A DNA stretch of 64,000 nucleotides. Source: an uncultured Bacilli bacterium (lineage in GTDB: Bacteria; Bacillota_I; Bacilli_A; ML615J-28; CAG-698). The stretch covers positions 199,770 through 263,769 of the forward strand of contig CAKOMG010000002.1 in NCBI GenBank assembly GCA_934096585.1. The letters run 5' to 3'. Below the pieces are notes generated by a model, which ran no database searches, was not told the origin of the DNA, and saw nothing but the letters and a program-made list of their open reading frames with translations. Positions 31,336 to 41,700 of this stretch are shown here, piece after piece (positions within the stretch are counted from its first letter, which is position 1; every line of letters begins with the position of its first letter). The position numbers and the translations under genes were made by a program.

Positions 31336-32577
31336 ATGGAGCAATTTAATAAAATTATAGGATATGAAAATGTAAAAAAAGAATTAATTACAATTAGTGA
31401 TTACTTTAATAAAACGGATTTATGTAGACAACACAATGTTAAGTTACCTAAAGGAATTCTTCTTTATGGGGATTCAGGATGTGGTAAAACATTATTTTTA
31501 AAAGAATTTTGTAAGGTAACTAATAAATATGTAATAAATGTTCAAGGATGCAGTGATGATATAATTAAAGAAATTAGCGATGATTTTAAAGAAGCACGTG
31601 TTATAGGAAATACTGTAATAATTATAGATGAGTTAGACTTACTAATAAACAAAGATTATAGAATAGTTAGATTGTTGCAATCATATTTGGATGGATTTGA
31701 AGATTATGATGGAATTTTTGTAGTAGCAACAACTAATAATGTTGGAAAAATAGAAAATTCATTATTAAGAGAGGGGAGATTTGATAGAAAAATTAAAGTA
31801 GATTTACCAAATGAAAAAACAAGAAAGGAATTAATTGATTATTACATAAGACAATTAGGTCTTGATGTAAATGTTGATTCTGAATATTTATCAAAAATCA
31901 TGGTCGATAGATCTTGCAGTTTTATTCAAACAATTATTAATGATTGTTATTTGAGATTTAATCAAAACATTACAACTGATAATATTGATTATTCATATAA
32001 TGTTATTGCATATGGAAACACAAATGATTATATAAAAAATGATATAAATAAAACAATAGCCATTCATGAAGCAGGACATATTGCCTTAACATATAAAAAT
32101 AGAAAGTATTTTACTTTTTATAAAGCATCAATTAACACAAATTCAAATAAAATAAATGGAGTTTCAAAACTTTATGATGCAAAAGAACAAAATGATGATT
32201 TAGAAGAGTATATCGCAAAAATTGAAATTGATATTGCAGGTTTTTTAACAACATACAATTTACTAAAAATAAAAGATGGAGGTTCTTATGGAGATTTAAA
32301 AGATGCTATTTATAATGCAAGATTTTTAATCAATAGTTTAGGATACAAAATGCCAAGAAATGTATTGAGAGAATATGACCAATTTGAGGGTAGAAATGAA
32401 ACAGAAATTAACTGTCATCGCAATGAAATTTTCGTGAGAAAATTGATGAAAAAATGTGAAAGAAATGTAAAAAAATACATTATTAAAAATAAAAAGAAAA
32501 TATATGATATAGCAAATCAATTGTATGAAAGAGGATCAATTAAACAAAATGAAGTAATGGAAATAATGGAGAGGTAA
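31336..32577 (+). CDS. soluble FtsH-like protease: AAA+ ATPase fused to an M41-type HExxH metalloprotease. No transmembrane N-terminus
   Basis: Walker A GDSGCGKT. Walker B IIIDELD. Sensor-1 VVATTNN. REGRFDRKI. Protease motif TIAIHEAGHIAL. Confidence 0.7.
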   Translation: MEQFNKIIGYENVKKELITISDYFNKTDLCRQHNVKLPKGILLYGDSGCGKTLFLKEFCKVTNKYVINVQGCSDDIIKEISDDFKEARVIGNTVIIIDELDLLINKDYRIVRLLQSYLDGFEDYDGIFVVATTNNVGKIENSLLREGRFDRKIKVDLPNEKTRKELIDYYIRQLGLDVNVDSEYLSKIMVDRSCSFIQTIINDCYLRFNQNITTDNIDYSYNVIAYGNTNDYIKNDINKTIAIHEAGHIALTYKNRKYFTFYKASINTNSNKINGVSKLYDAKEQNDDLEEYIAKIEIDIAGFLTTYNLLKIKDGGSYGDLKDAIYNARFLINSLGYKMPRNVLREYDQFEGRNETEINCHRNEIFVRKLMKKCERNVKKYIIKNKKKIYDIANQLYERGSIKQNEVMEIMER

Positions 32578-32580
32578 AAA

Positions 32581-34257
32581 ATGAAAATAAAAAGAAAAAA
32601 TAAAGAAAAAGAAGAATTTATAGAAAACTATAAGAACTATTTAATAAATAATTGGGAAATGATTAAGGATTATGTAACTAATCGTACTATGAATATTAAA
32701 GTGAATAAGGAATGCTGGCCTGAAGATTTTCTACCAAATAATTATTTTTATGAAAAGAAAGGGTTCAATGAGATTACAAAATATAATAAAATACCAATAT
32801 ATCAATTGCTTTATTTAAATGGTATGGATGATATGTTTCAAATCGATAAATATGGAGCTATATTTTATTTAAGTGCTATAAAAAAGATTAATAATTCATC
32901 AAAATTGATTCTTGAGCCACTTGATAATAGAAAAAAATTATATGATGATTATGATTATAATTTGTTTATTAATTATAATAGTTATAATAGTTTATTTATG
33001 GGTTTTAGTGAAGAAGAAATCAAAAATAGAATAACAGATGGTTTAATAATTAAAGTGATTGACAATCATTTAGAATTTGAAAAGTATTTTAAATTAAATG
33101 ATTATGATCTTGGCGAATTACAGACAACAGAATTGCCTAGAGTAGCATCTAGATTAATAAAAAATAATAAATTTAATGACTTATCTATTTTAGAAAAAGA
33201 TGAAATCAATAAAATAAATTATTATGATTTTTTAAAAAAAATTTATAATTATGTTTCAAATATTGATGAACAAGAATTGAATGATATATATAAGAAGAGT
33301 TTATCTTTATTTTGTGATATTTGTTTGATTGCTTTTATTTTTATGTCTAAAATTGTTTATTTAAATAAAGTTAATGGCAAAACAAGAAAGTTTAATTATA
33401 AACTTTTCGATGATGAGAATAATGAAATTCTTTCAAAAACAGTTGATAATATTAGTCCATTTTTTATAAAAAATGAGATAATTAATTATGAATATAAAAG
33501 TAAACTAAAATTAGAAGGATTAAATTTTGAAATACAAGAAATTATAGATTATAAACAAAGAATATTAGATGATATGCTAGAAGAATATGTTAATTTGTTA
33601 GGAATGGATGGTGCAGTAAATAAAGCAAAAACATGGGATAATAGAGTAATACATTCGATTGCACATTCATTGATTTATCATTGCAAGGATCCTGAAACTC
33701 GATACAAGGCTATTGATGTATCTATAGAGTTGGTTAAACTTAATATTGATAACTTTATAAACAAAACTATATTTGGATGTTCTAGAGTTGATTATTATTT
33801 TATTTTAGAAGATATCACATTGATAATTGATGTATTATTAGACTCTAACATTCTTTCAACGCATAACTGTAGAAAGTATTTTAATATACCTAATGATTAT
33901 CATTATGATAATTTGTTAGCATTTGAATATTTGAAAAAGGGATATAAGCTGGTTTTACGATTCGGCGTAAATTATAAATTAATGTATTTATATGGATTAA
34001 TTTTATACAAAGAAATTTTTACAAAGAATACTAAAGAAGAAGGTTTACAAATCATAAAACAATATAATGAGCATTTAGAACATGACTTTGATGTCGCTTT
34101 AGCAAGGTATTGGCATTATTTGAAAGATGAAAAAAACTATGATAATGAACAATCGATTCAAGCATATATAGATAATAAATTAGAAAAGGTTGAAAAAATT
34201 AAACATGATTATTACGCCAATTGTAGTCAATGGAAAAATAGTAGCTCAAATTTATGA
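32581..34257 (+). CDS. hypothetical 558-aa protein, co-operonic with the FtsH-like gene (3-nt gap)
   Basis: ORF with RBS. No recognisable motif. Confidence 0.5.
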   Translation: MKIKRKNKEKEEFIENYKNYLINNWEMIKDYVTNRTMNIKVNKECWPEDFLPNNYFYEKKGFNEITKYNKIPIYQLLYLNGMDDMFQIDKYGAIFYLSAIKKINNSSKLILEPLDNRKKLYDDYDYNLFINYNSYNSLFMGFSEEEIKNRITDGLIIKVIDNHLEFEKYFKLNDYDLGELQTTELPRVASRLIKNNKFNDLSILEKDEINKINYYDFLKKIYNYVSNIDEQELNDIYKKSLSLFCDICLIAFIFMSKIVYLNKVNGKTRKFNYKLFDDENNEILSKTVDNISPFFIKNEIINYEYKSKLKLEGLNFEIQEIIDYKQRILDDMLEEYVNLLGMDGAVNKAKTWDNRVIHSIAHSLIYHCKDPETRYKAIDVSIELVKLNIDNFINKTIFGCSRVDYYFILEDITLIIDVLLDSNILSTHNCRKYFNIPNDYHYDNLLAFEYLKKGYKLVLRFGVNYKLMYLYGLILYKEIFTKNTKEEGLQIIKQYNEHLEHDFDVALARYWHYLKDEKNYDNEQSIQAYIDNKLEKVEKIKHDYYANCSQWKNSSSNL

Positions 34258-34399
34258 AAGTGATGAAGAAATAATAGTTAGAGACAATTTGTTTAATGCA
34301 TTATATGGATATGATAAAGTAAATAATTATACCTTTGATAGCAATCATGAAAAAGTATGTAATGGAAATATTTTGAATCAAATAATAAAAATAGAATAA
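34190..34399 (+). CDS. small protein with YD-repeat-like segments (low confidence; the real start is probably internal)
   Basis: YGYDKVNNYTFDSNHEKVCNG resembles the downstream paralogue. Overlaps the 3' end of the 558-aa gene out of frame. Confidence 0.3.
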   Translation: MKKLNMIITPIVVNGKIVAQIYESDEEIIVRDNLFNALYGYDKVNNYTFDSNHEKVCNGNILNQIIKIE

Positions 34400-34413
34400 A
34401 AAGGAGAACAAGT

Positions 34414-34599
34414 ATGGATGAAATTTTAAAAGATAGATATGGGCATAAAATAGGAACAATAAAAGAAGTGGGAAATAAATTGTATATTTATGATGAACAT
34501 GGTCATAAAGCAGGATATTATGATCCAAATACAAATAAGACATATGATGAACATGGTCATTTTGTTGGAACTGGAAATTTATTAACTTCATTGATATAA
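34414..34599 (+). CDS. 61-aa YD-repeat-like small protein
   Basis: RBS AAAGGAG precedes the ATG. Three degenerate repeats: RYGHKIGTI, YIYDEHGHKAGYYDPNTNKT and YDEHGHFVGTG. Confidence 0.5.
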   Translation: MDEILKDRYGHKIGTIKEVGNKLYIYDEHGHKAGYYDPNTNKTYDEHGHFVGTGNLLTSLI

Positions 34600-34638
34600 A
34601 GTGATTATTGCTTTATTATATATCTAATTATTCATGAA

Positions 34639-34668
34639 TGCTATCTTTAAAAGCTTTACTTATGTAGA
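34639..34668 (+). terminator. probable intrinsic terminator (A/U-rich stem)
   Basis: aaaagct-loop-agctttt followed by TTTT. Confidence 0.4.
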
Positions 34669-34961
34669 GCTTTTTTTTGTATAAAAAATACAATTTTTTA
34701 ATTTTCATTATTTTTTTATTGCATATAATCGAATACTATGATATAATAAGATTAACTAGAAGAGGTTATTTTTTTCAAAGTATTTGAGTAATGTAATTTT
34801 CTTATTGCTTTTTCGCAAAAGTTTTAAGAGGAAAATATTACAACTATTATTTTGACGAATGAAACCTTATTTATAAGGATTAGTCTATCTAAAAATAGGC
34901 TATCTTTAATCATAAGGTTTTTTTCTTTTTCTAGTAATACATAAAAAGGAGAAAGAAAAGT

Positions 34962-35774
34962 ATGAGAAAAAATTTGAATGATTATTTTGAAAGTGTGGAA
35001 AGAAAAATTGGCTATGAGTTTGAAAATGAAGATTTGTTAAGACAAGCATTTACTAGAAAATCTTATAGTTCAATTTATGGAACTGAAAATAATGAAGTAT
35101 TGGAATTTATTGGTGATAAAGTAATTGATTTGATTGTAGTTAAAGTTATTTCTGATTATTTTGGATTCTATAAATCAGAATCAGCTTATTATGATGAAGA
35201 TAATGATTTAAATGAGTTTTGTATTGTTGCTAATAAAGATGAATCTGATTTTACAGAAATAAAAAAAGAATTAGTATCAAATGAAAACTTGTCAAAAATA
35301 ATTGATAAATTAGATTTTGCAAAATTAATGTGGATGGGAGATAACGACATCAATAATCATATTGAAAAAGAGCAAAAAGTTAAAGCTGATTTATTTGAAG
35401 CAATAGTTGGTGCAATAACCATAGATTGTGATTGGAATATGGAAATATTGGAAGAGGTTATAAAAAGATTATTATATATTAATAATACACTGAAAAATGT
35501 TTCTACGGAAGAAGAAAGACCAGAAAAATTTACTGTTGAAAAAGCAATTAACACATTAAAAGAGCTTGCTGAACAAGGAAAATGTTCTGAACCTATATAT
35601 GAAATATCAGATGAACAAATATTTCAAGATGGAGAATATTGGTGGTCTTGTGATTGCACTGTTAATAGTTGGCATATTTCAGAAAGTGCACTTTCTAAAA
35701 GTAAAAAAGGTGCTAAAAAGTATACTGCTTATTTAGTTCTATGCACTAGATATAATCTAGATGTCGAGGAATAA
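34962..35774 (+). CDS. class-1 RNase III paralogue (catalytic domain with ~45-aa insertion, plus C-terminal dsRBD)
   Basis: RKIGYEFENEDLLRQAFTRKSYS. NEVLEFIGDKVID (E/D catalytic). ADLFEAIVGAITID (D/E catalytic). dsRBD-like SKKGAKKYTAYLVL. Confidence 0.75.
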   Translation: MRKNLNDYFESVERKIGYEFENEDLLRQAFTRKSYSSIYGTENNEVLEFIGDKVIDLIVVKVISDYFGFYKSESAYYDEDNDLNEFCIVANKDESDFTEIKKELVSNENLSKIIDKLDFAKLMWMGDNDINNHIEKEQKVKADLFEAIVGAITIDCDWNMEILEEVIKRLLYINNTLKNVSTEEERPEKFTVEKAINTLKELAEQGKCSEPIYEISDEQIFQDGEYWWSCDCTVNSWHISESALSKSKKGAKKYTAYLVLCTRYNLDVEE

Positions 35775-35777
35775 ATT

Positions 35778-36338
35778 ATGGAAAATTCACAAATTGAAGT
35801 GTTAAAGAAAAAGTATTCTCAAATAATTGATGATTTAATTAAAGTAAATAAGAAGTTTTATAAGCTTAATTATGAAATAAAATGGATTTTTATCTTTGAT
35901 GAAAATGTGGCAAATGTTTGTGCTTTTGATGCTAAGAAAGGTATAATAAAAATAAATGTGGTGACAGTTGCTTATTCTTATGAAAATAATCAACCTTTAT
36001 TTATTGAGTGTTTTCTATTACATGAAATAAGACACTTTTATCAACAATTAATAATTAATGAGTACTTAAGAAATCCAAATGAATGTATAAATAGTGTTAT
36101 TGCACAACAATGGCTTTTTGAAAAGAAAAATTATATTAAGCCTCTTGATGAAAATGGGCACTTAAATGTAAATTATTACCTACAGGACATAGAAATTGAT
36201 GCTTTTTCGTTTTCATATGCCGTTATAATATATAAATATGGTGATTTAAAATATCTTAAAATACCAAGTGCTTATCAAAATGAATATTTTAAAGAACAAT
36301 TGAATACTTGGATTGAACTATTTAAAAAAGAACAATAA
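35778..36338 (+). CDS. small HExxH protein (putative zincin-like metallopeptidase, ImmA/IrrE- or SprT-like), coupled to the RNase III gene
   Basis: CFLLHEIRHFYQQ. 4-nt intergenic gap. Confidence 0.5.
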   Translation: MENSQIEVLKKKYSQIIDDLIKVNKKFYKLNYEIKWIFIFDENVANVCAFDAKKGIIKINVVTVAYSYENNQPLFIECFLLHEIRHFYQQLIINEYLRNPNECINSVIAQQWLFEKKNYIKPLDENGHLNVNYYLQDIEIDAFSFSYAVIIYKYGDLKYLKIPSAYQNEYFKEQLNTWIELFKKEQ

Positions 36339-36360
36339 ATATGTTCCGATGCTAAATTTA

Positions 36361-36589
36361 TTAATCCACGACTAGGTTCTTGGAAAAAAGATGTTTATGA
36401 GTTAATAGATAAAAAATGGGTGAGTATTTTAATCTGCAAAATATTTATGACTATGAGAATTATCTTAAAAATTTATATCCATCAAATAATAACATAAGGC
36501 CTAAAATTAGACAAGTTCTACAGCAACTTCGAGATATAGGACTTATAAAATTTCTTGGATCAGGGTCTTATAAAAAATTAATAAAATAA
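36361..36589 (+). pseudogene. frameshifted gene remnant (about 75 codons across two frames)
   Basis: Frame A reads NPRLGSWKKDVYELIDKKWVSIL. Frame B continues NLQNIYDYENYLKNLYPSNNNIRPKIRQVLQQLRDIGLIKFLGSGSYKKLIK*. No start codon or RBS. Confidence 0.4.
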
Positions 36590-36673
36590 TAGTCTTAATT
36601 CTTTTGCTTAGTATTTTTTAACCATATAACTAATATTATTAATGTATTTTATTATTATGTAAGGAGACTAAAA

Positions 36674-36997
36674 ATGAAAAAAACAATTTTAGCTATTATA
36701 TTATTTTTCATATTACTATTTATTGCTGGCGGATGTACTGCTGTCTTTCAAGGAGTAGAAGCGCTATGGCAAGCTATTATAGGATTTTTACCTATTTTTA
36801 AACCTGCCATTGAACAATCATTTAAAGATTATTTTACTTCTGCATACTTTATTGTTGGTGTAATAATTTTTATAGGTTCACTTTTTGGTATTACAATAAA
36901 CGTAAAAAATAGACATGTTTTATATGTGTTGATTTCTACAATACTGACTATTATTTCTTTATTAAGTATTATTACTAATTTGGTGGTGTGTAAATAA
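36674..36997 (+). CDS. small membrane protein (3 TM)
   Basis: Hydrophobic 107-aa ORF with RBS AAGGAGA. Its stop abuts the next ATG. Confidence 0.5.
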   Translation: MKKTILAIILFFILLFIAGGCTAVFQGVEALWQAIIGFLPIFKPAIEQSFKDYFTSAYFIVGVIIFIGSLFGITINVKNRHVLYVLISTILTIISLLSIITNLVVCK

Positions 36998-37495
36998 ATG
37001 AAAGAAAATGCTATATTATTATTAATAAAAGAAATTAAAAAAAGTTTAGAATCAGGAAATTATTTATCCGCATTAATTGTTGCATTAACAATTCCAGATA
37101 TTTGTGGGAAAATATTATATCCAAAAGAAACGAATGGTAAAAGATATAAAAAATGGTTTGACAAATATATTGGTGATTACAAAAATAGTCCGATATATAA
37201 GGATTTACCTGAATGCATAGGATGGACTAACATGAATGGCGAAAAATTTTATGCATTAAGATGTGCTATGCTTCATGAAGGCTCAGATGATATTGTTGAT
37301 AAAATCAAAATAGACAAATTCAACCTTTATTATGGAAACAATTCTATCATCGAAAAACATTGTGTTGAGTATAGAGAAGATTCCTTATTTGATGGTTCAG
37401 TAATAGAACATCCTAAAATTGAATCATTAGATATTAACGTATATGAAATATGTCAAAAAATAATTTTAGCTGCTAATTTTTTTTTTAAAAAATGA
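36998..37495 (+). CDS. hypothetical protein, coupled to the membrane protein
   Basis: The ATG follows the upstream TAA directly. Confidence 0.5.
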   Translation: MKENAILLLIKEIKKSLESGNYLSALIVALTIPDICGKILYPKETNGKRYKKWFDKYIGDYKNSPIYKDLPECIGWTNMNGEKFYALRCAMLHEGSDDIVDKIKIDKFNLYYGNNSIIEKHCVEYREDSLFDGSVIEHPKIESLDINVYEICQKIILAANFFFKK

Positions 37496-37747
37496 AGTTG
37501 ATGATTTATCAAAGCTCCCAACAATTCAATACAATCTTGGTATACCTTCAATATTTTTATCAAATACTAATTTAAAATAAATATAAAAAGAAAGCAATAA
37601 TTCTATGGATAATCAATCCATAATGATTATTGCTTTTTATTTTAGCTTATTAAAATTAATTTATATATTTTAAATAAATAGTTAAGTTTAAAAAATGAAA
37701 AAAAGATTCATAACTAAATGGTATACTATTAAAAAAAGGAAGGTAAA

Positions 37748-38707
37748 ATGATGGAATTAATCAAAGATTATAGAAATTTAGAAAATGGTTGGAATGGTGG
37801 ACTTTCAGAAGCATATGTTTGTTGTTTAAATCTAATTAATAATAAAAAGGTAAATAATATACTTTTTGATAAAAAACTTACAACAAAAATTCTTGATAAT
37901 AATTATTATATGCTATTACAAATAGTTTTGAAAGAAATTAAAAAATTATTACCTCAAGGGAATGGTAATAAATATATATATGAATGTATAGATTTAGATC
38001 AATTAAACAAGGAATGTGGTAAAAAAATGATTCCAATAGTTGATGAAATTCGAATAAAATATTATTGTGTTATCATAAGAAATATTATTAGTTATTTGAG
38101 TTCTGAAATTGAATTATTTAAAAAGTTAGAAAAAAAGACAGAAGAAGAAAGAAATAAACTGCTAGAAGAAATGGAAAGATATATAATAAGTTATTTTAAT
38201 GTATTTGAAAATCTTCCAAAACAAAATAGTAAAAAAAGTCGTAAAAATGACAATAATAAAAAAGAAACTGTTGAAGATAAAATAATTAATGAGTATATTG
38301 ATCAACTTAATGCATTCGAACAAAAGCCATTTGATCAATATGATTCTTTTGAAAATTACGTTGAAGAAACAATAACTGTTAAAAATAATATTGAAGAAGG
38401 AATTGAAAAAATTAATAGAAATCTTATTAAAAACAGTGTTGAAATAAATGAATTTGCTGAAAAGTATGAAATTAAAGTTGAAGAAGTTGAAAGAATCTTT
38501 ACTAGTGACAATTTTAAAACCTCATTAAGCAATAATCCAGTTGTTGATTGTTATAATTCATATATAAATGAAAATATTATAGGCGAATTTATAAATTTCT
38601 TTGGTCAACTTTTTTCATTTGAATTTAATGATAATTTAGAGGCAAATATTCCAGATTTATTTGAAACTCGTTCACAATACTATCATGGTAAATATAGAGA
38701 AAATTAA
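37748..38707 (+). CDS. hypothetical protein (coiled-coil-rich)
   Basis: ORF with RBS AAAGGAAGG. Confidence 0.5.
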   Translation: MMELIKDYRNLENGWNGGLSEAYVCCLNLINNKKVNNILFDKKLTTKILDNNYYMLLQIVLKEIKKLLPQGNGNKYIYECIDLDQLNKECGKKMIPIVDEIRIKYYCVIIRNIISYLSSEIELFKKLEKKTEEERNKLLEEMERYIISYFNVFENLPKQNSKKSRKNDNNKKETVEDKIINEYIDQLNAFEQKPFDQYDSFENYVEETITVKNNIEEGIEKINRNLIKNSVEINEFAEKYEIKVEEVERIFTSDNFKTSLSNNPVVDCYNSYINENIIGEFINFFGQLFSFEFNDNLEANIPDLFETRSQYYHGKYREN

Positions 38708-38728
38708 TCAAATTTTGAGTAAAGTTAT

Positions 38729-41700
38729 ATGAATAATATAGAAAGAATAGTTAATATAATAAAAGAAAAGATAAAAAGCAATCCTATAATTTTATTTAAT
38801 TGCTTTTTTACTGAGAAGATGCTATATGAATTATTAGTTGAAGAAGCAATTGATGAAAGAATCTTTTATTACATGATGTTTTTATATGACTTTGGATATG
38901 TTTCTGATGTGATATTTAAAAATAAAGATATTGCAATAAATAATATTAAAAATAAGAATAATGAATCGCAACTACCAATTCAAGAAATTAATTATTGGAA
39001 TTTAATCTTATCTGATGAAATAATTAAATGCATTAAGGAAACACATTTTAATGAACGAAAGTTAAATGAAAATGTTGGTAAAATTATATTTTTGAATGAA
39101 CCTTCATTTAATGATTCAAATTATTCAGGTGTTGATGGTGAATATGAAATTTATAAAGAACTAAAAACTTTTAATGATCAAAAATATAATGATTTTTTAT
39201 ATGCAAATTATAGAGTTAAAATACATAATAAAGATTATGAATCTGATTTTATAATAGTTTCAAATAATGTCATAATAATTATTGAAGTTAAAAATTGGCA
39301 TGGAGAGATTACAATCGATAAGTATGGTAATATTACAACTAATGGTTCTTTAGGATATAAAAATCCAATTTCTCAAAATAATAGACATGTTAATGATTTA
39401 AGAACTTTTCTTATAAATAAATTTGATATTGATATTCCTATTAAATCTGTAATAGTTTTTGGCAAAAAGTCACATGTGATTAATATTGATAAAGAATATA
39501 ATAGGGACACTGAAATAATTAATTATGATGAATTGAATTATTTTATACAAAAAACTATTCATAATGATGAAAATAAAAAGATTTTTGATAATAAAATCAT
39601 ATCATCATTCATTAATGTGTACAACAGTTTCGATAACACAAATTATATTTTTTATCCTGAAGATTTTATTAATTTAGAATTAGCAAATGAGTATTATAAA
39701 TATCAAGAAGTTGTTAAAGATTCAAATTATAAAAAAGGTAAAAAAATATTTCACTATTCAATAGATTCTACTAATAGGCAATTAGAAAATGATATGAATA
39801 CTATTTATTTTGATAAAATCATTAAATATAATATTCGTTTTAATGATGATATTAAGTATAATTGTTTTATAATCAATAGCTTTTTAAAATTCAATGTTAA
39901 ATGTAGATTTAAATATGCAAATTTAATTGCTGTAATTTATAATTATTTGCTTAGAAATAATGAAATAGATTCTTCATTAGATATACCTTTATTTATAAAT
40001 CATTATGATTATAATAATATTACAGATATAAGAGAACAATATCCTAAAATATTTAAATTAATGATAGTTATACTATTGCTTATTAAAAATAATTATTTTA
40101 CATTAAATGAAATGAATATTGAAATACCTTTTTTTATAGAAGATAAATATGAAAGTTTATTAACTATAGCAATCAAATGCTTGAATAATTATTTAGAAAA
40201 AATTTCATTATTAACCATAGGTAAAATATTAAAATTAAAAATTCAAGATGATGAATCATATGAAGTAGGATTTGAAAAAGATTCTAATTTGGATATTATG
40301 ATTTTAGATTATAATAATAAAAAATTCTCACAAGAAATCGAAGAAAATTCTTTATGGATTGAAGATAATATTAGATATAATATAAACGACAAAAATGATT
40401 ATATTTTAATTGATTTTTTAAAAGAATTTACACCTTTTACAGCATTTAAAGAAGGGCAATTAGATTTTATAAAAAATATTCTCAATTTTCCAACAAACAA
40501 AATTGTAATTATGCCTACGGGAAGCGGTAAATCATTAATATATTATTTTTGTGCAATTTTACAACCGAAAGTAACATTTATTGTTTCGCCTAACGATATT
40601 TTGATTAGTAATCAAATAAATAATTTAAAGAAAATTCATAGATATACTAATGTAGTTAAATTAAGTTATAAAACAAAAATAGGCTTAAATCAAATAATTT
40701 ATTCTACACCTATTATTTTACAAGAGGATTCACTTATTAGAGACATAATAGATTGTGACAACATATATAGTTTTGTTTTAGATGAAGTTCATTGTTTATC
40801 TTTCCTAAGTCATAATTTTAGACCAGAATATTTCACATTATCATCTAAACTAAATATGTTTTTCAAAAAGACATTATCTTTGGGTTTTACCGCAACTTCT
40901 GATTACGAAGTTACAAAAGATTTAGCAAAACAATTAACAATTAATTTTTCAGAACAGGATATCTTGGAAAATATAAATATGAGAACAGATAGGCTTTCAT
41001 ATGATATTAGATGTTATGATACAAGGGAAGAACAGTTAATTGCTTTGTTTGAATTATCCAAAAGGATTAGTGTACTTAAGAATATTGTTTTTGTAAAAGA
41101 TGAAAAAACAGCAAATGAAATATTTAAAATAATAGGAACAAATAAAAGTTTAATTTTTTCACAAGATGATCAGGGTGTCTTAGATTTATTTATAGATTTA
41201 AATAGTGGTTTTAATTTTTTAATTTGTGGATATGAATTAGGGATAGGATTAGATTTAGGTAATATCAGCAATGTTATACATTTTGGAATTCCTTACTCAA
41301 AAATGGATTATGTTCAACAAATAGGTCGTGCAGGAAGAAATGGAGAATATTGTAAATCTTACGTATTATATTTAAATCAACAGAAATTTGAATCCTATTT
41401 ATTTGATAGAAATTTAGAATACGATTCATTTATTAGTAAATTAATTGCAGATGAAAAAAACGATTATACAATGAGTTATTTAAATATATTTAAAAAATTT
41501 TTAAATTATAATAAACAAAAGAAAGAATTTAAAAATATTCTATTACAAGTTATGGAAGATTATTTTAATCGCGGATTTACTACTACCATTTTGACTGAAA
41601 ACAATGATTTCTGTTTTTATATTTTACAAGCACTTGGAATTATATCATACTGGGGAAAAAATAAAAATCAAGTGGTACTTTGCTTGAATAAATTAAATAA

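Noticed and set aside
31336-32577. Calling the AAA+/HEAGH protein the housekeeping ftsH
   Set aside because: It is only 413 aa and lacks the two N-terminal TM helices and periplasmic domain of genuine FtsH. It is treated as a soluble paralogue.
34700-34960. Palindromes ccttatttataagg and ataaggttttttt upstream of the RNase III gene as a riboswitch or attenuator
   Set aside because: Short AT-rich hairpins of this kind are frequent by chance here. I could not build a consistent terminator/antiterminator model.
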